IMG/VR virus record: IMGVR_UViG_3300009001_000006
Span: 1 to 64,000 of that record
Length of the DNA stretch: 64,000 nt
Source: a virus
Strand: one strand, 5' to 3'
Positions 18,678 through 28,438 of this stretch are shown in pieces (positions within the stretch are counted from its first letter, which is position 1; every line of letters begins with the position of its first letter). The notes under the pieces are model-generated. The model was not told where the DNA came from. It worked only from the letters and a program-made list of their open reading frames with translations, and made no database searches. The position numbers and the translations under genes are program-made.

Positions 18678-19420
18678 TAGATCTATACTCATATTTCGAC
18701 AAAATATACTATATCAACTTAGAAGAAGATAAAAATAAAAAAGTATATTTTGAGCAAGAAATAAACAAATCTAAATTTTTATCAAAGACATGCAAAAGGT
18801 ATGAAGCTGTTATAGGTAAATACTTAGACATTAGACTAATACCAGAATCTATAGTCACAACTAAAGCTAAAAATGATATTATCAAACAAAAACAAAGACA
18901 ATATGGTGTTTCATTAACCTATGGCTCGCTAGCGTGTGCGCTATCTCATAATTTAATATATAAAGAATGTAAAGATGCGTTTAAGCCGTTTTTAGTGCTT
19001 GAAGACGATATTATTATTACCGAACGCTTTGATCAGGATCTTTCTACGGTTATACAAGAAGTAGAGGGTACTGGCGATCCTTATGATATTGTGTATTTAG
19101 GATGTAATGAAATCCCAGGCTTTCAAAAAAAGATCATAAATAATATTATATCGAAACCTAGAGGTTTAATTACCGGCACTTATGGATATTATGTTTCTCA
19201 ATCAGGTGCTAAAAAATTACTAGATATCGTATTCCCTCTTTATAAACAAATAGATAGTTGTATTTCTGATAATGTAGATAAATTCGATCTTTTTTGTTCA
19301 ACAACCAAGATAGTAAATGTGAGAACAGATTTTGTCTCTAGAACACAAATGGACACCAGTTGTAAGAATATACACACAATCCCAGAAGAATACTCAGATT
19401 GGCACAAACTTTTCATTTAA
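18674..19420 (+). CDS. GT25 glycosyltransferase
   Basis: YYINL, ACALSH, LVLEDD, GTYGYYVS..GAKKLL, QID. Confidence 0.9.
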   Translation: MIDLYSYFDKIYYINLEEDKNKKVYFEQEINKSKFLSKTCKRYEAVIGKYLDIRLIPESIVTTKAKNDIIKQKQRQYGVSLTYGSLACALSHNLIYKECKDAFKPFLVLEDDIIITERFDQDLSTVIQEVEGTGDPYDIVYLGCNEIPGFQKKIINNIISKPRGLITGTYGYYVSQSGAKKLLDIVFPLYKQIDSCISDNVDKFDLFCSTTKIVNVRTDFVSRTQMDTSCKNIHTIPEEYSDWHKLFI

Positions 19421-19423
19421 AAA

Positions 19424-19433
19424 GGTGTATAAT
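19424..19433 (+). promoter_or_regulatory. Putative phage late promoter GGTGTATAAT
   Basis: Intergenic, 3 nt after the GT25 stop, no -35 box; GGAG RBS downstream. Confidence 0.6.
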
Positions 19434-19476
19434 AAAATTATAGACATCAACATCCAACTATCAATCTGGAGACATT

Positions 19477-19959
19477 ATGATATATTACATTAGCGGGGTA
19501 CCAAAAGTTACACAAAATAGGGCTGTCGTATTCACCGATACCGACAGAATACCAAGAGGCGAAACGGGTGGGATGGTCGGCACAGGTCCAAAGCAAACAC
19601 CCGATACTCGGGTGGCCAATAATTTTCGAGCTATTGCTAGCGATCATTTACGAGATATACATCAAAGAAGTCCAGATACATTTGGTACAACCAATGTGCT
19701 ACTAAATGCTTCAGCATATCCGGTATTAATGAAGCCCATAAATTCCGTAGAGGGCGCAAACACATCTTTATCTACAACAGCCATGAGAACCGGTAAGTAT
19801 AATTATTTTACTGGTAAATATAGCAATGGTTTTCCGATATCTCAAACAGATTCTTTTGGCAACGATAATGCTGCTAGATCATCGTACGATGCGCCAGGTT
19901 CTATAACTTTTAGAGTTGGTAATAATATTACTAGCCAAAACTATGAAGCCAAAGGTTGA
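19477..19959 (+). CDS. Hypothetical protein (possibly virion-associated)
   Basis: GGAG RBS; Gly/Thr/Asn-rich composition; follows the motif. Confidence 0.65.
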   Translation: MIYYISGVPKVTQNRAVVFTDTDRIPRGETGGMVGTGPKQTPDTRVANNFRAIASDHLRDIHQRSPDTFGTTNVLLNASAYPVLMKPINSVEGANTSLSTTAMRTGKYNYFTGKYSNGFPISQTDSFGNDNAARSSYDAPGSITFRVGNNITSQNYEAKG

Positions 19960-20031
19960 TTAATATTAATTGAGTTAAAAGGGGTGAATCATATTAAAGC
20001 CACTCCAATCTATTTATACAGAAAGTGAATT

Positions 20032-20367
20032 ATGAGCGACCCTAATACTCTCGGTCATTTTTTTGAAAATTTTACAACATCAATGTTTAGTGTTGCTATT
20101 GCTCTGATAGGATTCTGGACCACATTTATTAAAAATTTAGTAAGTCGAAAAGAAGTTGAAAAAATGATGTCCAGCTGTTGTACCAGTTCACATCAGTATA
20201 GTCAAGATAGGCAATTTATAATGGAGCGATTAAATACCCACAAAGAAGATACAAGTATTCTTTTTCGAGCCTTAGAAAAAAATACAGAAGTTATGACAGA
20301 ATTAAAGGTTCAAATAGCGACCTTGGGTAAAACATTAGAGGCACTAGAAAATAGAATAGAAAGGTAA
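20032..20367 (+). CDS. Single-TM coiled-coil protein (holin/XhlA-like architecture)
   Basis: Hydrophobic SMFSVAIALIGFWTTFI followed by a heptad-rich C-terminus. Confidence 0.55.
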   Translation: MSDPNTLGHFFENFTTSMFSVAIALIGFWTTFIKNLVSRKEVEKMMSSCCTSSHQYSQDRQFIMERLNTHKEDTSILFRALEKNTEVMTELKVQIATLGKTLEALENRIER

Positions 20368-20372
20368 ACAAT

Positions 20373-20588
20373 ATGGCGAATGATATTCAAAAAAGCATAC
20401 TATCAAACCCTATTAAAAATGGGACAGTCGTAGTATCTGTAAAGCCCACAGGTTTAAGATCAGAAGATCTATTAAATAATAGCGTTTCTAATAAACCAGA
20501 AATTGCAGATATACAAGCTAAATATGACAATAGATTTGATGATCCTTCATATTATGGAGGTATCTCTGGTACCGTAATAGGTCCTTAA
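20373..20588 (+). CDS. Hypothetical protein
   Basis: 71 aa ORF with AAGG RBS. Confidence 0.55.
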   Translation: MANDIQKSILSNPIKNGTVVVSVKPTGLRSEDLLNNSVSNKPEIADIQAKYDNRFDDPSYYGGISGTVIGP

Positions 20589-20603
20589 TATAGTGATTAT
20601 ACT

Positions 20604-21941
20604 ATGCCAATAAAAAGAATTAAAGATTTTGACGATGGATCTGGTGACCTAAGCAATGACGATATATTCCTGTTTATGGATAGTCCAGCGGCATCAGGAG
20701 TTACTAAGAAAATATCTTTAGCCGATCTTTCTGCAGCTATAGGTGGTGGATCTGTTCCTGATGGTAATTTTGATGTTATTAATCTTAGTACAACTGCTGA
20801 CCCAGAAATCCTACAAGGCTCTATAGGATGGGACGCCGCAGAAGGAACTATAGATGTTGGATTAACAGATCAAATTAAAATTCACGTAGGCGAACATAAT
20901 TTCTTTAGAATTAGAAATAACACTTCAGCAACTATTTATGCTGGTCAGGCTGTTTATGCTAGTGGTGTGCATAATAATTCTTTAATAGAAACAGAGTTGT
21001 ATGCAGCAGACGGAGCTATAGAAGAAATTAGATTCATAGGACTAGCATTATATGATATTGAAATTAATCAAAAAGGATATGCAATTAATTTTGGTCATAT
21101 AGAAAGCTTAGACACTAGAGGAAATGGAATTGCCAATGGAGCTAGTAATTTATGGGACGCGAATGAACCGGCTTGGAACTCAGGAGACATCTTATATATA
21201 CATCCTGTAGCTAGTGGTAAATTAACCAAGATTAAACCAGAGCATGCTATTTCTGTCGCTATTGTATTATATGTTCACCAAAATAATGGCAGAATATTTG
21301 TACGACCCAAAGAGTATGGACACCTATCTGATAATCATGATGTTAATATTTCTAGTCCAGCAGATGGTCAAATTCTAACATACAATAGCTCAACAACTCA
21401 GTGGGAAAACAATAATCCAGCATATGGCGAACCCACTTTTGTAAAATATGACTATAGCACTACGACCGGAAGCATTGGTGGAACAAATGCAATATTAGGT
21501 ATTAACTCTGATGGCGGTGATTTTGCATACAATGAGTCTCTTGGTGTCGGATATGATGGAGGTCTTGAATCCAGCATTAGTATAGACACAACCACAGGCA
21601 TTATCTCTGGTTTTGTAGAAAATGGTATATATCAGTTCGATGCTTCTTTTTTCTATCAAAGAGATTCTGCAAGCTCTACTTTCGATAGAGACTTTTATCT
21701 ATCAATGGAGTATAAGTCTGGTTCTAGTAGCTATAGAATACTAGATGAGTATTACGGACCTTTATTTCAAGGATCTACATTAAATAATTCATTATATTAT
21801 TTTACAGCTAAACTTAACGGAACCATGAAATTTGTTGGCTCAGATCCAACACAAAGAATAATTAGAATATCTCAAAGCCCAGACATAACATCAGACCTGT
21901 ATATAGATTATGGTTATTTTACCATAACCAGAATAGCTTAA
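20604..21941 (+). CDS. Tail fibre / virion appendage protein
   Basis: N-terminal attachment-like module (..DDIFLFMD...TKKISLADL); LSDNHDVNISSPADGQILTYN...WEN fibre repeat; beta-rich C-terminus. Confidence 0.65.
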   Translation: MPIKRIKDFDDGSGDLSNDDIFLFMDSPAASGVTKKISLADLSAAIGGGSVPDGNFDVINLSTTADPEILQGSIGWDAAEGTIDVGLTDQIKIHVGEHNFFRIRNNTSATIYAGQAVYASGVHNNSLIETELYAADGAIEEIRFIGLALYDIEINQKGYAINFGHIESLDTRGNGIANGASNLWDANEPAWNSGDILYIHPVASGKLTKIKPEHAISVAIVLYVHQNNGRIFVRPKEYGHLSDNHDVNISSPADGQILTYNSSTTQWENNNPAYGEPTFVKYDYSTTTGSIGGTNAILGINSDGGDFAYNESLGVGYDGGLESSISIDTTTGIISGFVENGIYQFDASFFYQRDSASSTFDRDFYLSMEYKSGSSSYRILDEYYGPLFQGSTLNNSLYYFTAKLNGTMKFVGSDPTQRIIRISQSPDITSDLYIDYGYFTITRIA

Positions 21942-21962
21942 GATTATCATCAGCACCATAAC

Positions 21963-21972
21963 GGTGTATAAT
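21963..21972 (+). promoter_or_regulatory. Putative phage late promoter GGTGTATAAT
   Basis: Exact intergenic copy of the motif upstream of the membrane-protein block. Confidence 0.6.
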
Positions 21973-22000
21973 TATATTGTTACATAAGGTGTGTTGTATT

Positions 22001-22483
22001 ATGAAAAAATCTTATCAAACAAGTGAATTCTGGTTTACTCTAGTGAGCTTTATTATTAGCGGATTATTTCTTGGTGGTATTATTAGCGAGCCAGACACCA
22101 AAGACGATCTTATTAATGCCGTAACACACGGGGTGGAAAGTGTTATATTAATAGGTGGTCAATTTATGGTATTGTCTAGATATCTAAAAAAACGTAAAGA
22201 AGAAAAGCTAGAACACGAAAAAACAAAACAAAAAGAACAAGAAAATTTAAGAAAAGAATTAGAAGATTATGTTGGAGTAGACAAAAGGCTTGACAAAGTT
22301 AATATAAATAGTGCTAGTCTTGGAGAGCTTATACAACTACCCCATATAGGTCCCGCCACAGCGCAAAAAATAATAGACTATAGAGAAACCTATGGCGATT
22401 TCCAAACTTGCAGAGAAATTATGCTAGTAAGTGGCATAGCTCATACAGTATACCAAGATATAGAAAGATATATAGAGACATGA
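22001..22483 (+). CDS. Two-TM holin-like N-terminus fused to ComEA-type helix-hairpin-helix domain
   Basis: KKSYQTSEFW plus two hydrophobic helices; VNINSAS..EL..LPHIGP.TAQKIIDYRE..G.F....I..VSGI; ATG 22001 with AAGG RBS. Confidence 0.8.
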   Translation: MKKSYQTSEFWFTLVSFIISGLFLGGIISEPDTKDDLINAVTHGVESVILIGGQFMVLSRYLKKRKEEKLEHEKTKQKEQENLRKELEDYVGVDKRLDKVNINSASLGELIQLPHIGPATAQKIIDYRETYGDFQTCREIMLVSGIAHTVYQDIERYIET

Positions 22484-22911
22484 ATAGTAAAGAATTAATT
22501 AGTAGCGAATTTGACAAATTAACAGAACAATTAAAGTCTGGTATAGAAAATGTAAAAGTTTTTGCAGTAGCAGAAGCTTGGAAAATATTGCAAGTTATGG
22601 CTGCTAGTCTTATTCAAATTATAGAAAAAATAGGCACAGATCTTAGTAGTCCAGAGAAAAAGGAGTTATCTCTTAAATTATTATCAGATTTTTATGATAA
22701 AGTATTTGTTGTTGTAGATATACCAGTAATACCTAATCTGATTGAACCATTACTACACAAATACGTTAAAGCTTTTTTAATGATCTTAGTTGGATCTAGT
22801 ATAGACGCTCTAGTAGCAACATTTAGACAAACGGGTATTTTCTTAAAAAAACAATTAGATGATGATAACCAGTATACATCTGGACAAGTACTTAATATAA
22901 AACTACCATGA
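22480..22911 (+). CDS. Hypothetical protein
   Basis: ATGA overlap with the HhH gene suggests start 22480; EKK..AL/SL..FYD...VDIP.IP. Confidence 0.65.
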   Translation: MNSKELISSEFDKLTEQLKSGIENVKVFAVAEAWKILQVMAASLIQIIEKIGTDLSSPEKKELSLKLLSDFYDKVFVVVDIPVIPNLIEPLLHKYVKAFLMILVGSSIDALVATFRQTGIFLKKQLDDDNQYTSGQVLNIKLP

Positions 22912-22921
22912 AAGGATAAAT

Positions 22922-23311
22922 ATGAATTACACAGAAACATTCGAAGAATTTAGTAAAGGATTAGCTCCTATGGATTTAGCTTTATACGCTGGCATAGGAA
23001 TTATCTTATGGATTTTATTTAAAGACAAGCTCAGTCCTGTACAAAAAATGCTTATGGATTTATTTCAAAATGTAAAGAAGCAAATTCCAGACAGTATTAA
23101 TGTGGTTGTGCCAGATATTCCTGATGTTTTTCCATCAAAATCCTTAACACCCAAAGATGATAGTGATGTATTTTTTGATTTAGTTGTGTCATGGAAACAA
23201 ACAAGAGATCTTGCTGTAAAAAGTGGTTGCGATAAAGCTGTAGAGGTTGCAGACCAGATGTTTCCTTACCTAAGCCCTAATATCTGTGAAAACGGAGAAG
23301 ATAATGAATAA
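22922..23311 (+). CDS. Membrane-anchored hypothetical protein
   Basis: TM LALYAGIGIILWILF; AAGGA RBS. Confidence 0.7.
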   Translation: MNYTETFEEFSKGLAPMDLALYAGIGIILWILFKDKLSPVQKMLMDLFQNVKKQIPDSINVVVPDIPDVFPSKSLTPKDDSDVFFDLVVSWKQTRDLAVKSGCDKAVEVADQMFPYLSPNICENGEDNE

Positions 23312-23810
23312 TAAATGGCTACTTGCTCTAGCTATTGGACTAATATATATAGGAATAGCTAAACCAGATTTATCTTTTATTAACATACCATCAGGCAACA
23401 ACAATGTATGTGTAGAATCTAACTATGTTACAGATGCTCCGTCTGATGATAATTTGTTAGCCTTAGCCAGAAGCATAACAGATATAGTCAAAGATTCTGA
23501 TGATTCTACCCGTAGATCTGACTGCTCTAGATTATCCTCCTTATATGCGGATATGGCTTTACTAATAGAGCTAGACGATCAAGATAAAGTTATTAGTGAT
23601 ACCGCTAATATTAGAGAAGCTAATAGTATTGCTGGTAAAATGTTAAGATTAAATATTAAGAATAAATATCCGGGACTAGCTGAAGCAGCAAAAGTTTTGG
23701 TGTCTTCAGAAATAGGTGCTGATGATGTTGTTCTTGATGAAGATATGAGAGCAAAAGCTGTTAATGCTTTCAGGGCTTTGAGTTGGGCTTTTTATGAGGG
23801 TAGTAAATAA
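23304..23810 (+). CDS. Signal-anchored/exported hypothetical protein
   Basis: GGAG RBS, MNNKWLLALAIGLIYIGIA; helical body. Confidence 0.7.
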   Translation: MNNKWLLALAIGLIYIGIAKPDLSFINIPSGNNNVCVESNYVTDAPSDDNLLALARSITDIVKDSDDSTRRSDCSRLSSLYADMALLIELDDQDKVISDTANIREANSIAGKMLRLNIKNKYPGLAEAAKVLVSSEIGADDVVLDEDMRAKAVNAFRALSWAFYEGSK

Positions 23811-24736
23811 TGGCTGATATGACCCCTAGACAATTATATGACGCATACAGGGAAGGTCTTACGGGATCTATTTCTGAGCCCTATATTTTTGAAGAATTAA
23901 TTAGAACAAGCAGGTATGCCTATTTTAGAGATGGTTCTAAAGAGATTGCAGATAGCGGTAAAGGTAAATTATCAACACCTTTCAAATCAGTATTGAAATT
24001 TGATAAGAATGCTTATATAGAACGACAAACCACAGGTGACTGTGTTTCCCACGCTACCCGCAACGGGTGTGATGTAACACGAGCAGTAGAAATTGATATT
24101 AAAGGGGATAAAGAAAGCTGGGTTGCTAGAGGTGCTACCGAAGCTATTTATGGAGCAAGAGGTCATGGTGGACAAGGTATGAGTTGTAGTCGTGCCGCTA
24201 CTTTTGTGAGTCAAACCGGGGGAGTTCTTGTTCGTAAAAATTACCCTGGTGTAGCAGACTTTAGTAAATACAACGGAAGCATGGGTGCTAAATGGGGTGC
24301 TAGAGGTTTACCAGACAAAGTGATAGACGAGGCAGACAATCACCAGGTCCGCACTGTATCATTAATTAGAACAGTTGAAGAGGCTAGAGATGCTTTGGCT
24401 AATGGATATGGTTTAAGTGTATGTTCTGGTTATGGATTTTCTAATCGCAGGGACTCTAAGGGATTTTCTCGTAAATCTGGCAGCTGGGCCCACGCTATGG
24501 CATGGACGGCTTGTGATGATACTGGTGGAGAACCAGCCTTTCTAGTCCAAAATAGCTGGGGTAAATGGAACGATGGCGGCCATCCAGAATGGGGCCCTAT
24601 TCCAGACGGTTCTTTTTTAATACACGCCGATGTGGCAGAAGGTATGTTGAGGCAAAATGGAGCTTATGCCTTTAGTGATTTTAATGGATTTCCTCCTCAA
24701 AAACTTCCGGACTACGGTTTCGTAGATTACTTATGA
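23810..24736 (+). CDS. Papain-like (C1) cysteine peptidase
   Basis: QTTGDCVSHA (Gln/Cys), WAHAM (His), VQNSWG (Asn). Confidence 0.88.
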   Translation: MADMTPRQLYDAYREGLTGSISEPYIFEELIRTSRYAYFRDGSKEIADSGKGKLSTPFKSVLKFDKNAYIERQTTGDCVSHATRNGCDVTRAVEIDIKGDKESWVARGATEAIYGARGHGGQGMSCSRAATFVSQTGGVLVRKNYPGVADFSKYNGSMGAKWGARGLPDKVIDEADNHQVRTVSLIRTVEEARDALANGYGLSVCSGYGFSNRRDSKGFSRKSGSWAHAMAWTACDDTGGEPAFLVQNSWGKWNDGGHPEWGPIPDGSFLIHADVAEGMLRQNGAYAFSDFNGFPPQKLPDYGFVDYL

Positions 24737-24900
24737 AATTATTAGATAGAATAGCAATAAACAGCTTAATTAAAACCATAACGAGCTTTATACTAGCAAT
24801 AGTTAAGATATTTGTGCCAGAATCAAGTTCAAGTAACGATAAAAAAAGAAGAACCCCTATACTAGATAGATTAAGACGTAAAAGAGAAAAAGATGAATAA
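24733..24900 (+). CDS. Small amphipathic/basic protein (55 aa), not in ORF track
   Basis: MKLLDRIAINSLIKTITSFILAIVKIFVPESSSSNDKKRRTPILDRLRRKREKDE*; ATGA overlap upstream and 8-nt overlap downstream. Confidence 0.6.
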   Translation: MKLLDRIAINSLIKTITSFILAIVKIFVPESSSSNDKKRRTPILDRLRRKREKDE

Positions 24901-25126
24901 AATTCTTATAGCATCAGCGCTATCTTTACCTATATTATTCGGATCTACAGCACCCAAATACAGCACAACCGCTGTAGTAACTTTAGCGGGAGCTAAAGTA
25001 GTCTCTGAAAATAGTGGTGTAATAGAAAAATATAAAAGAAAAGACTGTCCAGTTTGCAAAGGCAAGGGATGGTATATGAGTGGTGATGGTATAGCTAAAA
25101 TACAATGTCAATATTGTGAGCCATAA
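24893..25126 (+). CDS. Signal-peptide protein with DnaJ-type Zn finger half (CxxCxGxG...CxxC)
   Basis: CPVCKGKG...CQYC. Confidence 0.65.
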   Translation: MNKILIASALSLPILFGSTAPKYSTTAVVTLAGAKVVSENSGVIEKYKRKDCPVCKGKGWYMSGDGIAKIQCQYCEP

Positions 25127-25127
25127 T

Positions 25128-25505
25128 ATGAAAAATAAAGAAAAACTAGAATCTATCGCTACAGATATACTCAGTTACCAAGATCTGCCAGAAAACAAAT
25201 TTGGTAGCGTCATAATGATTTTAATGATGATTAGCATTATCGTTGGAGCTATTAGGGTTTTACAAGAGTGTGATAAAAATAAAAAGGTTGATAACCCAAC
25301 CCAACACTACTTAAAAAAGATCAAAGATATTAGTGATAGAAAATGGTGGTTTGCTCGTATGAGATTAAAAAAAATTATGCGTCAAGAATTAAATAGAGAA
25401 GATTATAAGCAATACTCAGCATCTTTGTGTGATGCTATTTTCACAAAAGGAGTGGCTGTCACGGAAGATGAAGTTAATACATTACTGGAGACTATAAATG
25501 TTTAG
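25128..25505 (+). CDS. Membrane hypothetical protein
   Basis: TM VIMILMMISIIVGAI; basic C-terminal half. Confidence 0.65.
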   Translation: MKNKEKLESIATDILSYQDLPENKFGSVIMILMMISIIVGAIRVLQECDKNKKVDNPTQHYLKKIKDISDRKWWFARMRLKKIMRQELNREDYKQYSASLCDAIFTKGVAVTEDEVNTLLETINV

Positions 25506-25746
25506 TATATTAATATGGTGTGTTTATGGTATTTTTGTAGGATCTATAGCTAAAGCAATTATTCCAGGAGAAGAAAACTTTGGGTTTATTAGAACTATAG
25601 CTTTAGGTGTTGCTGGTTCATATATGGGTGGTTCAATCCTATATCTTTTAGGCTCATATTCTGCTGTTGAACCGGCTGGTATTTTTATGGGTATAGCAGG
25701 ATCTTGTGTGGCTATATTGCTATATAATAAACTAACCCAAAAATAA
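25498..25746 (+). CDS. GlsB/YeaQ/YmgE (transglycosylase-associated) membrane protein
   Basis: W..GIFVG.IAKAIIPG....G...TI.LGVAGS..GG pattern with three TMs. Confidence 0.85.
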   Translation: MFSILIWCVYGIFVGSIAKAIIPGEENFGFIRTIALGVAGSYMGGSILYLLGSYSAVEPAGIFMGIAGSCVAILLYNKLTQK

Positions 25747-25752
25747 GGACTA

Positions 25753-27438
25753 ATGGGTTCGGGAAAAGCACCGGAAATATTAACAGAAATATTCGATAAG
25801 GATTTTTATAATTCTTATTATGGTTGTACCTCAAATGCTGAAACCTACTGGATTGATAGTAGGTATGAAGGCAGGTATATTCATAGTTGTACTATAAATG
25901 ATAACTTTGACTATGGACTATTCATTAGTAAATTAAATTGGCTAAATATCAATATTGTCACAGAATTTGAAGCGATTAAGTATTTCTTAGACAATAAAGA
26001 AAAATATGAACATTGGTTCCAAGACATACGCCATAAACAACCAAATCCAGAGTCTAACGACAACAATAAAAGCATATGCTGTCTGTATACCGCATATTTA
26101 AATGATGGGCAAGATTTAGACATTGCTCTTAATTCAATACCTAAATTATTGAAATTTAGCAATAAATTATATATCGTAGCTCTAGGCAAGAAAGATTTAT
26201 GTAAAAATTTGTCAGATCAATATTCTGACTATATTTTAGATTTTACCAATTTATATATTCTTAAAGAAGTCAAAAAATATGATCTATTAATTAATACCAA
26301 TAACAATATTTATATTCATGATAACTTAAACTATATAATTAAACAATCTATTTTATCTAATAGTCAAGTTTTTAGCATTAGCGATAAGTATAATATTACA
26401 AATAATGATGAAAAATATTATTATGGCATAAACTCTGACTTTATAATTTTTGATAAATCTGTGGGATTAAAAATCTTAAAGTGTCTGTATAGGAATTTCA
26501 ATAATTTTGAATATAATCTTAACAAATTATTAATTGATAATAATATCAAATATGATTGTTTAATCAGAAATATCTGGGAAAAAGAAGTTTTTTGGAATAA
26601 TTTATTTAATTTTGACATACTAGATTACCGATATATAGTTAAAAAATACCGTAGTCCAATTATATCTAAACATCAATATAGGATAGATATGAACAACATG
26701 CATGGTTGTGTTTTATCTAAAAGATTTTTAGACTTACAGGGAGATACAATACTAGACAAATCTTATTATTATCCGAATCAAATAAAGCCAAATAAATGGT
26801 GTTGTCATTTACATATTGGAACATCTTGCGAAAGTATTATACGGGATATACGGCGATATATAGATAGGGTCAAAAGTTTGGGTATAGATGTGTATATAAC
26901 ATCTTTAGAGCCAATAGAAAATATAGAATCATATGTTTTATCAAATACTGGTGCTGATATTGGTGCTTTTCTTTATATTTTAGATAAATATATTTTCAAG
27001 AAAAACTATAAATATATATTAAAACTTCACTCAAAAACACACCACGGTTTCAGAAATATGTGTTTTAATTCATTAATTAATAATTTAGGATATATTGAAT
27101 ACCTATTAGAAAATAAACAAGGTGCAGATATGTGTGGATTGTCTGAATACAACTATCCTCTAGATCATATAAATCAAACAATTATTAATAAATTTTGCAA
27201 TAAATACAATATGAGTAATGTAGAAAATGTATATTTCTTTGCTGGCACAATGTTCGCTTGTAATATAAATATGGTTAAAAATTTTATCCAAAAATATAAC
27301 ATTTCTATACCAGAAGAATATTTTAATATGGAATATGGCTATCAGAAAAACCATAATGCCACAGTGACTCATTCGTGGGAAAGAATATTATCAGGAATCA
27401 TACCTGCGCACATGAGAAGTAAAAAAATATACATATAA
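25753..27438 (+). CDS. Multi-domain RgpF-like glycan synthesis protein
   Basis: C-terminal NTGADIGAF, KLHSK, FFAGTMF, HSWERI. Confidence 0.7.
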   Translation: MGSGKAPEILTEIFDKDFYNSYYGCTSNAETYWIDSRYEGRYIHSCTINDNFDYGLFISKLNWLNINIVTEFEAIKYFLDNKEKYEHWFQDIRHKQPNPESNDNNKSICCLYTAYLNDGQDLDIALNSIPKLLKFSNKLYIVALGKKDLCKNLSDQYSDYILDFTNLYILKEVKKYDLLINTNNNIYIHDNLNYIIKQSILSNSQVFSISDKYNITNNDEKYYYGINSDFIIFDKSVGLKILKCLYRNFNNFEYNLNKLLIDNNIKYDCLIRNIWEKEVFWNNLFNFDILDYRYIVKKYRSPIISKHQYRIDMNNMHGCVLSKRFLDLQGDTILDKSYYYPNQIKPNKWCCHLHIGTSCESIIRDIRRYIDRVKSLGIDVYITSLEPIENIESYVLSNTGADIGAFLYILDKYIFKKNYKYILKLHSKTHHGFRNMCFNSLINNLGYIEYLLENKQGADMCGLSEYNYPLDHINQTIINKFCNKYNMSNVENVYFFAGTMFACNINMVKNFIQKYNISIPEEYFNMEYGYQKNHNATVTHSWERILSGIIPAHMRSKKIYI

Positions 27439-27449
27439 GCAGAAATTTG

Positions 27450-27477
27450 TTGTACAGCCTCAAATATTTGATATTAT
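27450..27477 (+). promoter_or_regulatory. sigma70-type promoter (extended -10)
   Basis: TTGTAC-16 nt-TATTAT with TGn; GAGG RBS before fcl. Confidence 0.5.
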
Positions 27478-27493
27478 AGGTTACGAGGACCAT

Positions 27494-28438
27494 ATGGACA
27501 GAAATGCGAAAATATATATAGCTGGCCACAATGGCATGGTCGGTAAAGCTATTCATAAAACATTATCACAAAAAGGCTATGATAATATCATAGTTAAAAC
27601 CAAACAAGAATTGGATCTTACCGATCAATTAAAGGTAGATAAATTCTTTAGAGACAATAATCCAGAATATGTTTTCCTAGCAGCAGCCAAGGTTGGCGGT
27701 ATCACATGTAATAAAAATTATCCAGCAAATTTTATTAGAGATAATTTATTAATACAAACAAATGTGATAGACAGCGCGTGCCAGTATGGAGTAATTAAAC
27801 TCTGCTTTTTGGGGTCTGCGTGTATATATCCTAAGTTAGCATCTACCCCGATTAAAGAATCGGATTTATTAACTGGTTCTTTGGAAGAAACAAATATAGC
27901 ATATGCTATTGCAAAAATAGCTGGTTATATGATGTGTCATAAATATACTGAACAATATGGTTTCAATACAATATCTTTAATGCCTGCTAATTTATACGGA
28001 CCTAATGATAATTTCAAGTTAGATGAATGTCATGTTATTCCTGCACTTATCAGGAAATTTATTAATGCTAAAGAGCAAAATTTACCAAATGTAGAATGCT
28101 ATGGTGATGGTAGTCCTACCAGAGAATTTTTACACGTTGACGACCTGGCTGACGCTGCTGTGTATTTAATGAATAGATATAATAACCCCAATATTATTAA
28201 TGTTGGAAATGGGTTGGAGGTAAGCATTAAACATCTTGCTGAAAACATTAAAGAAATTGTAGGATATGATGGAGAAATTATTTGGAACACTCAATATCCA
28301 AATGGCACACCTAGAAGATACTTAGATGTAACTAAAATTAATAGCTTAGGATGGTCATCTCAAATAGATCTTTACGAAGGTTTAAAAAATACTATTTTTT
28401 GGTTCGAAAACACACCAACAACAAATAAAAGAGTATGA
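27494..28438 (+). CDS. fcl: GDP-L-fucose synthase
   Basis: IAGHNGMVG, AAAKVGGI, LGSACIYPK, YAIAK, MPANLYGPNDNF, GSPTREFLHVDD. Confidence 0.97.
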   Translation: MDRNAKIYIAGHNGMVGKAIHKTLSQKGYDNIIVKTKQELDLTDQLKVDKFFRDNNPEYVFLAAAKVGGITCNKNYPANFIRDNLLIQTNVIDSACQYGVIKLCFLGSACIYPKLASTPIKESDLLTGSLEETNIAYAIAKIAGYMMCHKYTEQYGFNTISLMPANLYGPNDNFKLDECHVIPALIRKFINAKEQNLPNVECYGDGSPTREFLHVDDLADAAVYLMNRYNNPNIINVGNGLEVSIKHLAENIKEIVGYDGEIIWNTQYPNGTPRRYLDVTKINSLGWSSQIDLYEGLKNTIFWFENTPTTNKRV

